A stretch of DNA of 64,000 bases. Origin: the human T2T-CHM13v2.0 reference genome, Homo sapiens. The position numbers and the translations under genes are program-made. The stretch lies in assembly GCF_009914755.1 (NCBI RefSeq), contig NC_060948.1. The stretch is one strand, 5' to 3'. A model generated the notes under the pieces. The model saw only the letters and a program-made list of their open reading frames with translations, was not told the DNA's origin and did no database searches. Positions 1 through 10,710 of this stretch are shown piece after piece; positions within the stretch are counted from its first letter, which is position 1, and each line of letters begins with the position of its first letter.

Positions 1-420
1 GGAAAGGACTCGAATTTCATGAAACGGAATGGAATGAATTGGAACGGAATGGACTCGAATGGAATGGAATGTCATGGAATGGCATCAAATGGAATGGCAT
101 CAAATGGAATGGAATCGAATGCAATGGAATGCTATGGAATGGAATGGAATGCATTGGAATGGAATGTCCTCTAATGGAATGGATTCGAGTGGAATGGAAT
201 CGAATATAATGGAGTCGAATGAAATGGAATTGAAAGGAATGGGATCGAATACAATGGAATATACTGGAATGTAATGTAATGAACTCGAATGTAATTGACT
301 GGAATGGAATGTACATGAATGGAATGTAATCGAATGGAAAGTAATCCAATGGAATAGAATCTAATGCAATAAAATCGACTCAGATAGAGTAGAATGTAAT
401 GGAATGGAGTGCAGTGCAAT

Positions 421-500
421 GGAATGGAATGGAATGGAATGCAATGGAATGGAATGGAATGGAATGGAATGGAATGGAATGGAATGGAATGGAATGGAAT
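421..500 (+). repeat. Near-pure (GGAAT)n tract, length-variable between units
   Basis: ggaat x4, gcaat, ggaat x11 in U1. The homologous tract has 7 pentamers in U11 and 18 in U7. Confidence 0.85.
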
Positions 501-826
501 GGGATGGAATCGTATGGAATGGATAGTAATGGACTGGAGTGAAATGGACTGGAAAGGAATGGACTCAAATTGAAAGGGCTCGAAAGGAATGGAGTCAAAT
601 GGAATGGTCTGGAATGGAATGAACACGAATGTAATGCAATCCAATAGAATGGAATCGAATGGCATGGAATATAAAGAAATGGAATCGAAGAGAATGGAAA
701 CAAATGGAATGGAATTGAATGGAATGGAATTGAATGGAATGGGAACGAATGCAGTGAAATTGTATGCAGTAGAAGGGAATAGAATGGAATGCAAGCGAAA
801 GGAAAGGAATGGATTGGAATGGAATG

Positions 827-870
827 GAATTCATTGGAATGGAAGGGAATGTAGTGTAATGGACAGGCCT
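827..870. other. Diagnostic EcoRI (GAATTC, 827-832) and HaeIII/StuI (AGGCCT, 865-870) sites of the DYZ1 unit
   Basis: Read directly. They recur once per unit, except U8 (both deleted) and U17 (GGCC changed to GTCC). Confidence 0.9.
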
Positions 871-1240
871 GGAATAAAGTGGAATGCTACGGTCTCGAAT
901 GGAATAAAAATGTATGGAATGGAATGCAATGAAACGGAATCGAATGTCATAGAATGTAATGGAATGCAAAAAAATGGAATCCAAAATCATTGACTGGAAA
1001 GGCTGGGTGTCGAAAGGAATTGACTCCAATGGAATGGAATCGAATGGAATGGAAGTGAATAGAATCGAACTAAATCGAATGGAATGGAATTGATAGGAAC
1101 GGAATGGAAAGGAATGCAATGATTTGGCATGGAATGGAATCGAATGGCATCGAATGGAATGGAATGGAATGCAATGGAATGGAATGTATTAGAATGTAAT
1201 GAACTTTAATGGAATGTACTCGAATGGATTCGACTGGAAT

Positions 1241-1255
1241 GGAATGTTCTGGAAG
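1241..1255. promoter_or_regulatory. Heat-shock element consensus match A (gGAAt-gTTCt-gGAAg), repeated per unit
   Basis: Exact nGAAnnTTCnnGAAn match. Function not demonstrated by sequence alone. Confidence 0.55.
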
Positions 1256-1520
1256 TGAATGGACTCCAATGGAATGGATTCAAAAGGAATGGAATCGTAC
1301 GGAATGGAATCTAATGGAATGGAATTAAATGGAAATGAATCAAATTGAATAGCACGGAATTGAATTGAATGGAATGGAATGCAATGGAATCTAATGAAAC
1401 GGAAAGGAAAGGAATGGAATGGAATGGAATGGGCTGGAATGGAAAGGAATCGAAACGAATGGAATGGAATCGAACTGAAGAGACTGGAATGGAATGCACT
1501 GGAATGGAAGGGAGTGTAAT

Positions 1521-1535
1521 GGAAGGTTCTCGAAA
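1521..1535. promoter_or_regulatory. Heat-shock element consensus match B (gGAAg-gTTCt-cGAAa), repeated per unit
   Basis: Exact nGAAnnTTCnnGAAn match. Function not demonstrated. Confidence 0.55.
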
Positions 1536-2556
1536 AAAATGGAATCGAATGGAATGGAATTGAATGGAACGGAATAGAGTCGAATGGAATTGAATGGAAT
1601 GGAATGGACTAGAGTGAAATGGAATCGAACCACAAGGAATGGACAGGAATAGAATGGTCTCGAATTGAATGGAATCGTATGGAATGGCATCAAACGGAAT
1701 GGAATGGACAGCCACGGAATGGAATGCACTCGAATGCAATGGAGTCGAAACTAATGGACTGGAATAGAATGGACTCGACTGGTACGGACTCCAATGGAAT
1801 GGAATCGAATGGAAGGGAATCGAACGGAATGGACTCGAAGGGAAAAGACTGCAATGGAAAGGTCTCGAATGGAATGGAAATTAATGGAATGGAATGGAAT
1901 CGAATGAAATGGAGTCAAAAGGAATGGAATCGAATGGCAAGAAATCGAATGTAATGGAATCGCAAGGAATTGATGTGAACGGAACGGAATGGAATGGAAT
2001 CCAAAGGAATGGAATAGAATGGAATGGAATCGAATGGAAAGGACTCGAATGGAAATCACTCGAATAGAATGCAATTTAATAAAATAGGATCAAATGTAAT
2101 GGAATGGAATGGAAAGGAATCGAAACGAAAGGAATGGAGACAGATGGAATGGAATGGAACAGAGAGCAATGGTATAGAATGGAATGGAATCATCTGGAAT
2201 GGAATTGAATGGAATGGAATAATATGAAATGGAATGGAATGGAATGGAATGGAATGGAATGGAATGCCCTTGAATTAAATGGACTGGAATGGAATGGACT
2301 CGAACAGAGTGGAATGGAAAGTGTTGAGATAGAATGCAATGGACTCCTTCGGAATGGTCTAGTATGCAATGCAATCGACTGGCAGGGAATCAAAAGGAAT
2401 GTAATCGAATGGATTGGACTGGAATGCAGTGGACTCGAATAGATTGGAAACGGAATGCAAAGGAATGGAATGGAATAGTATGGAATGGAATGGAAAGGAA
2501 TGGAGTGGAATAGACTAGAGTGGAATGGAATGGACTGGAAAGCAATGGACTGGAAT

Positions 2557-2571
2557 GGAACTTTCTTGAAT
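2557..2571. promoter_or_regulatory. Heat-shock element consensus match C (gGAAc-tTTCt-tGAAt), repeated per unit
   Basis: Exact nGAAnnTTCnnGAAn match. Function not demonstrated. Confidence 0.55.
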
Positions 2572-3588
2572 GGACTGGAATCAAACGGAATGGAATGCAA
2601 TGCAATCAAATGGCATGGAATAAAATAGAATGAAAGAGAATCAAATGGAATTGAATCGAATGGAATCGAATGGATTGGAAAGGAATAGAATGGAATGGAA
2701 TGGAATTGACTCAAATGGAATGGACTAGAATGGAATGGATTCGAATGGAAGGCAAAGGAATGGAATCTATTGGAATGGACTGTAATGGAATGGAATGGAA
2801 GGGATTGGAATGGACTCGAATGGAATGGACTGCAATAGAAAGGATTCGAATGGAATGAAAAAGAATTGAATGGAATAGAACAGAATGGAATCAAATCGAA
2901 TGAAATGGAATGGAATAGAAAGGAATGGAATGAAATGGAATGGAAAGGATTCGAATGGAATGCAATCGAATGGAATGGAATCGAACGGAATGGAATAAAA
3001 TGGAAGAAAACTGGCAAGAAATGGAATCGAAATGAATGGAGTGTTATGGAACGGACTCAAAAGGAATTGAATGTAATAGAATGGAGTGGAGTGGACTCGA
3101 ATATAATGGACTGGAATGGAATGAAATCACATGGAATGGGAACGAATGGAATGGAATGGAAAGGAATGGAATCGAATGGAAAGGAATCGAATGGAAGGGA
3201 ATGAAATTGAATCAACAGGAATGGAAGGGAATAGAATAGACGGTAATGGAATGGACTCGAATAGAATGGACACGAATGCTCAAATTGAATGGACTCCAAT
3301 GGAATGGAAACGAAAGGAATGTCATCGAATAGAATTGAATCGACTGGAATGAAATCGCAAGAATGGAGTGGCATCAAATGGAATTGAATCGAAAGGAAAG
3401 GAAGCGAATGGACTGAAATGAAATGGAATGGAATTGAATGGAAAGTAATGCAATGGAATAGAATGGAATGAAATTTCACGGAATGGAATCAAACTGAAAG
3501 GAATCAAATCAATGGAATCTAATCAAATGTAATGGAAAGGATTTGAATGGAGTAGATTGGATTGGATGGGATTGGAGTGAAATGTACT

Positions 3589-6500
3589 GGAAAGGACTCG
3601 AATTTCATGAAACGGAATGGAATGAATTGGAACGGAATGGACTCGAATGGAATGGAATGTCATGGAATGGCATCAAATGGAATGGCATCAAATGGAATGG
3701 AATCGAATGCAATGGAATGCTATGGAATGGAATGGAATGCATTGGAATGGAATGTCCTCTAATGGAATGGATTCGAGTGGAATGGAATCGAATATAATGG
3801 AGTCGAATGAAATGGAATTGAAAGGAATGGGATTGAATACAATGGAATATGCTGGAATGTAATGTAATGAACTCGAATGTAATTGACTGGAATGGAATGT
3901 ACATGAATGGAATGTAATCGAATGGAAAGTAATCCAATGGAATAGAATCTAATGCAATAAAATCGACTCAGATAGAGTAGAATGTAATGGAATGGAGTGC
4001 AGTACAATGGAATGGAATGGAATGCAATGGAATGGAATGGAATGGAATGGAATGGAATGGAATGGAATGGGATGGAATGGGATGGAATGGTATGGAATGG
4101 ATAGTAATGGACTGGAGTGAAATGGACTGGAAAGGAATGGACTCAAATTGAAAGGGCTCGAAAGGAATGGAGTCAAATGGAATGGTCTGGAATGGAATGA
4201 ACACGAATGTAATGCAATCCAATAGAATGGAATCGAATGGCATGGAATATAAAGAAATGGAATCGAAGAGAATGGAAACAAATGGAATGGAATTGAATGG
4301 AATGGAATTGAATGGAATGGGAACGAATGGAGTGAAATTGTATGCAGTAGAAGGGAATAGAATGGAATGCAAGCGAAAGGAAAGGAATGGATTGGAATGG
4401 AATGGAATTCATTGGAATGGAAGGGAATGTAGTGTAATGGACAGGCCTGGAATAAAGTGGAATGCTACGGTCTCGAATGGAATAAAAATGTATGGAATGG
4501 AATGCAATGAAACGGAATCGAATGTCATAGAATGTAATGGAATGCAAAAAAATGGAATCCAAAATCATTGACTGGAAAGGCTGGGTGTCGAAAGGAATTG
4601 ACTCCAATGGTATGGAATCGAATGGAATGGAAGTGAATAGAATCGAACTAAATCGAATGGAATGGAATTGATAGGAACGGAATGGAAAGGAATGCAATGA
4701 ATTGGCACGGAATGGAATCGAATGGCATCGAATGGAATGGAATGGAATGCAATGGAATGGAATGTATTAGAATGTAATGAACTTTAATGGAATGTACTCG
4801 AATGGATTCGACTGGAATGGAATGTTCTGGAAGTGAATGGACTCCAATTGAATGGATTGAAAAGGAATGGAATCGTACGGAATGGAATCTAATGGAATGG
4901 AATTAAATGGAAATGAATCAAATTGAATAGCACGGAATTGAATTGAATGAAATGGAATGCAATGGAATCTAATGAAACGGAAAGGAAAGGAATGGAATGG
5001 AATGGAATGGGCTGGAATGGAAAGGAATCGAAACGAATGGAATGGAATCGAACTGAAGAGACTGGAATGGAATGCACTGGAATGGAAGGGAGTGTAATGG
5101 AAGGTTCTCGAAAAAAATGGAATCGAATGGAATGGAATTGAATGGAACGGAATAGAGTCGAATGGAATTGAATGGAATGGAATGGACTAGAGTGAAATGG
5201 AATCGAACCACAAGGAATGGACAGGAATAGAATGGTCTCGAATTGAATGGAATCGTATGGAATGGCATCAAACGGAATGGAATGGACAGCCACGGAATGG
5301 AATGCACTCGAATGCAATGGAGTCGAAACTAATGGACTGGAATAGAATGGACTCGACTGGTACGGACTCCAATGGAATGGAATCGAATGGAAGGGAATCG
5401 AACGGAATGGACTCGAAGGGAAAAGACTGCAATGGAAAGGTCTCGAATGGAATGGAAATTAATGGAATGGAATGGAATCGAATGAAATGGAGTCAAAAGG
5501 AATGGAATCGAATGGCAAGAAATCGAATGTAATGGAATCGCAAGGAATTGATGTGAACGGAACGGAATGGAATGGAATCCAAAGGAATGGAATAGAATGG
5601 AATGGAATCGAATGGAAAGGACTCGAATGGAAATCACTCGAATAGAATGCAATTTAATAAAATAGGATCAACTGTAATGGAATGGAATGGAAAGGAATCG
5701 AAACGAAAGGAATGGAGACAGATGGAATGGAATGGAACAGAGAGCAATGGTATAGAATGGAATGGAATCATCTGGAATGGAATTGAATGGAATGGAATAA
5801 TATGAAATGGAATGGAATGGAATGGAATGGAATGCCCTTGAATTAAATGGACTGGAATGGAATGGACTCGAACAGAGTGGAATGGAAAGTGTTGAGATAG
5901 AATGGAATGGACTCCTTTGGAATGGTGTAGTATGCAATGCAATCGACTGGCAGGGAATCAAAAGGAATGTAATGGAATGGATTGGACTGGAATGCAATGG
6001 ACTCGAATAGATTGGAAACGGAATGCAAAGGAATGGAATGGAATAGTATGGAATGGAATGGAAAGGAATGGAGTGGAATAGACTAGAGTGGAATGGAATG
6101 GACTGGAAAGCAATGGACTGGAATGGAACTTTCTTGAATGGACTGGAATCAAACGGAATGGAATGCAATGCAATCAAATGGCATGGAATAAAATAGAATG
6201 AAAGAGAATCAAATGGAATTGAATCGAATGGAATCGAATGGATTGGAAAGGAATAGAATGGAATGGAATGGAATTGACTCAAATGGAATGGACTAGAATG
6301 GAATGGATTCGAATGGAAGGCAAAGGAATGGAATCTATTGGAATGGACTGTAATGGAATGGAATGGAAGGGATTGGAATGGACTCGAATGGAATGGACTG
6401 CAATAGAAAGGATTCGAATGGAATGAAAAAGAATTGAATGGAATAGAACAGAATGGAATCAAATCGAATGAAATGGAATGGAATAGAAAGGAATGGAATG

Positions 6501-7157
6501 AAATGGAATGGAAAGGATTCGAATGGAATGCAATCGAATGGAATGGAATCGAACGGAATGGAATAAAATGGAAGAAAACTGGCAAGAAATGGAATCGAAA
6601 TGAATGGAGTGTTATGGAACGGACTCAAAAGGAATTGAATGTAATAGAATGGAGTGGAGTGGATTCGAATATAATGGACTGGAATGGAATGAAATCACAT
6701 GGAATGGGAACGAATGGAATGGAATGGAAAGGAATGGAATCGAATGGAAAGGAATCGAATGGAAGGGAATGAAATTGAATCAACAGGAATGGAAGGGAAT
6801 AGAATAGACGGTAATGGAATGGACTCGAATAGAATGGACACGAATGCTCAAATTGAATGGACTCGAGTGGAATGGAAACGAAAGGAATGTCATCGAATGG
6901 AATTGAATCGATTGGAATGAAATCGCATAGAATGGAGTGGAATCAAATGGAATTGAATCGAAAGGAAAGGAAGCGAATGGACTGAAATGAAATGGAATGG
7001 AATTGAATGGAAAGTAATGCAATGGAATAGAATGGAACGAAATTTCACGGAATGGAATCAAACTGAATGGAATCAAATCAATGGAATCAAATCAAATGGA
7101 ATGGAAAGGAATTGAATGGAGTAGATTGGATTGGATGGGATTGGAATGAAATGTACT
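3589..7157 (+). repeat. DYZ1 unit U2 (3569 bp)
   Basis: Landmark spacing. Confidence 0.9.
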
Positions 7158-10100
7158 GGAAAGGACTCGAATTTCATGAAACGGAATGGAATGAATTGGA
7201 ACGGAATGGACTCGAATGGAATGGAATGTCATGGAATGGCATCAAATGGAATGGCATCAAATGGAATGGAATCGAATGCAATGGAATGCTATGGAATGGA
7301 ATGGAATGCATTGGAATGGAATGTCCTCTAATGGAATGGATTCGAGTGGAATGGAATCGAATATAATGGAGTCGAATGAAATGGAATTGAAAGGAATGGG
7401 ATCGAATACAATGGAATATACTGGAATGTAATGTAATGAACTCGAATGTAATTGACTGGAATGGAATGTACATGAATGGAATGTAATCGAATGGAAAGTA
7501 ATCCAATGGAATAGAATCTAATGCAATAAAACCGACTCAGATAGAGTAGAATGTAATGGAATGGAGTGCAGTGCAATGGAATGGAATGGAATGGAATGCA
7601 ATGGAATGGAATGGAATGGAATGGAATGGAATGGAATGGGATGGAATGGAATGGTGTGGAATGGATAGTAATGGACTGGAGTGAAATGGACTGGAAAGGA
7701 ATGGACTCAAATTGAAAGGGCTCGAAAGGAATGGAGTCAAATGGAATGGTCTGGAATGGAATGAACACGAATGTAATGCAATCCAATAGAATGGAATCGA
7801 ATGGCATGGAATATAAAGAAATGGAATCGAAGAGAATGGAAACAAATGGAATGGAATTGAATGGAATGGAATTGAATGGAATGGGAACGAATGGAGTGAA
7901 ATTTTATGCAGTAGAAAGGAATAGAATGGAATGCAAGCGAAAGGAAAGGAATGGATTGGAATGGAATGGAATTCATTGGAATGGAAGGGAATGTAGTGTA
8001 ATGGACAGGCCTGGAATAAAGTGGAATGCTACGGTCTCGAATGGAATAAAAATGTATGGAATGGAATGCAATGAAACGGAATCGAATGTCATAGAATGTA
8101 ATGGAATGCAAAAAAATGGAATCCAAAATCATTGACTGGAAAGGCTGGGTGTCGAAAGGAATTGACTCCAATGGAATGGAATCGAATGGAATGGAAGTGA
8201 ATAGAATCGAACTAAATCGAATGGAATGGAATTGATAGGAACGGAATGGAAAGGAATGCAATGATTTGGCATGGAATGGAATCGAATGGCATCGAATGGA
8301 ATGGAATGGAATGCAATGGAATGGAATGTATTAGAATGTAATGAACTTTAATGGAATGTACTCGAATGGATTCGACTGGAATGGAATGTTCCGGAAGTGA
8401 ATGGACTCCAATGGAATGGATTCAAAAGGAATGGAATCGTACGGAATGGAATCTAATGGAATGGAATTAAATGGAAATGAATCAAATTGAATAGCACGGA
8501 ATTGAATTGAATGGAATCGAATGCAATGGAATCTAATGAAACGGAAAGGAAAGGAATGGAATGGAACGGAATGGGCTGGAATGGAAAGGAATCGAAACGA
8601 ATGGAATGGAATCGAACTGAAGAGACTGGAATGGAATGCACTGGAATGGAAGGGAGTGTAATGGAAGGTTCTCGAAAAAAATGGAATCGAATGGAATGGA
8701 ATTGAATGGAACGGAATAGAGTCGAATGGAATTGAATGGAATGGAATGGACTAGAGTGAAATGGAATCGAACCACAAGGAATGGACAGGAATAGAATGGT
8801 CTCGAATTGAATGGAATCGTATGGAATGACATCAAACGGAATGGAATGGACACCCACGGAATGGAATGCACTCGAATGCAATGGAGTCGAAACTAATGGA
8901 CTGGAATAGAATGGACTCGACTGGTATGGACTCCAATGGAATGGAATCGAATGGAAGGGAATCGAACGGAATGGACTCGAAGGGAAAAGACTGCAATGGA
9001 AAGGTCTCGAATGGAATGGAAATTAATGGAATGGAATGGAATCGAATGAAATGGAGTCAAAAGGAATGGAATCGAATGGCAAGAAATCGAATGTAATGGA
9101 ATCGCAAGGAATTGATGTGAACGGAACGGAATGGAATGGAATCCAAAGGAATGGAATAGAATGGAATGGAATCGAATGGAAAGGACTCGAATGGAAATCA
9201 CTCGAATAGAATGCAATTTAATAAAATAGGATCAAATGTAATGGAATGGAATGGAAAGGAATCGAAACGAAAGGAATGGAGACAGATGGAATGGAATGGA
9301 ACAGAGAGCAATGGTATAGAATGGAATGGAATCATGTGGAATGGAATTGAATGGAATGGAATAATATGAAATGGAATGGAATGGAATGCCCTTGAATTAA
9401 ATGGACTGGAATGGAATGGACTCGAACAGAGTGGAATGGAAAGTGTTGAGATAGAATGGAATGGACTCCTTTGGAATGGTGTAGTATGCAATGCAATCGA
9501 CTGGCAGGGAATCAAAAGGAATGTAATGGAATGGATTGGACTGGAATGCAATGGACTCGAATAGATTGGAAACGGAATGCAAAGGAATGGAATGGAATAG
9601 TATGGAATGGAATGGAAAGGAATGGAGTGGAATAGACTAGAGTGGAATGGAATGGACTGGAAAGCAATGGACTGGATTGGAACTTTCTTGAATGGACTGG
9701 AATCAAACGGAATGGAATGCAATGCAATCAAATGGCATGGAATAAAATAGAATGAAAGAGAATCAAATGGAATTGAATCGAATGGAATCGAATGGATTGG
9801 AAAGGAATAGAATGGAATGGAATGGAATTGACTCAAATGGAATGGACTAGAATGGAATGGATTCGAATGGAAGGCAAAGGAATGGAATCTATTGGAATGG
9901 ACTGTAATGGAATGGAATGGAAGGGATTGGAATGGACTCGAATGGAATGGACTGCAATAGAAAGGATTCGAATGGAATGAAAAAGAATTGAATGGAATAG
10001 AACAGAATGGAATCAAATCGAATGAAATGGAATGGAATAGAAAGGAATGGAATGAAATGGAATGGAAAGGATTCGAATGGAATGCAATCGAATGGAATGG

Positions 10101-10710
10101 AATCGAACGGAATGGAATAAAATGGAAGAAAACTGGCAAGAAATGGAATAGAAATGAATGGAGTGTTATGGAACGGACTCAAAAGGAATTGAATGTAATA
10201 GAATGGAGTGGAGTGGACTCGAATATAATGGACTGGAATGGAATGAAATCACATGGAATGGGAACGAATGGAATGGAATGGAAAAGAATGGAATCGAATG
10301 GAAAGGAATCGAATGGAAGGGAATGAAATTGAATCAACAGGAATGGAAGGGAATAGAATAGATGGTAATGGAATGGACTCGAATAGAATGGACACGAATG
10401 CTCAAATTGAATGGACTCGAATGGAATGGAAACGAAAGGAATGTCATCGAATGGAATTGAATCGATTGGAATGAAATTGCATAGAATGGAGTGGAATCAA
10501 ATGGAATTGAATCGAAAGGAAAGGAAGCGAATGGACTGAAATGAAATGGAATGGAATTGAATGGAAAGTAATGCAATGGAATAGAATGGAACGAAATTTC
10601 ACGGAATGGAATCAAACTGAATGGAATCAAATCAATGGAATCTAATCAAAGGAATGGAAAGGAATTGAATGGAGTAGATTGGATTGGATGGGATTGGAAT
10701 GAAATGTACT
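7158..10710 (+). repeat. DYZ1 unit U3 (3553 bp)
   Basis: Landmark spacing. Carries the ttccggaag, gacaccc and catgtgg variants. Confidence 0.9.

Larger units (their letters stand above)
1..3588 (+). repeat. DYZ1 unit U1 (3588 bp); unit start set arbitrarily at ggaaaggactcgaatttc
   Basis: Landmark at 1 recurs at 3589. Confidence 0.9.

Noticed and set aside
11-25. cgaatttcatgaaac as a fourth HSE
   Set aside because: The GAA-TTC spacing is 1 bp rather than 2, so only two units are correctly spaced.
80-110. 15-bp tandem duplication tggcatcaaatggaa x2 in each unit
   Set aside because: It is an ordinary three-pentamer slippage fixed in the consensus.
873-912. AATAAA poly(A)-signal hexamers (also near 369, 2078, 2619 and 2994)
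   Set aside because: They arise easily from GGAAT-GGAAT by one or two changes in an A-rich strand, and no transcript context can be inferred.
3501-3575. DUX4-like (gaatctaatca) and CCAAT-like (gattggattgg) motifs at the unit end
   Set aside because: These are only partial or very short matches, readily generated from GGAAT variants, and the tcta/tcaa position is polymorphic. There is no support for function.
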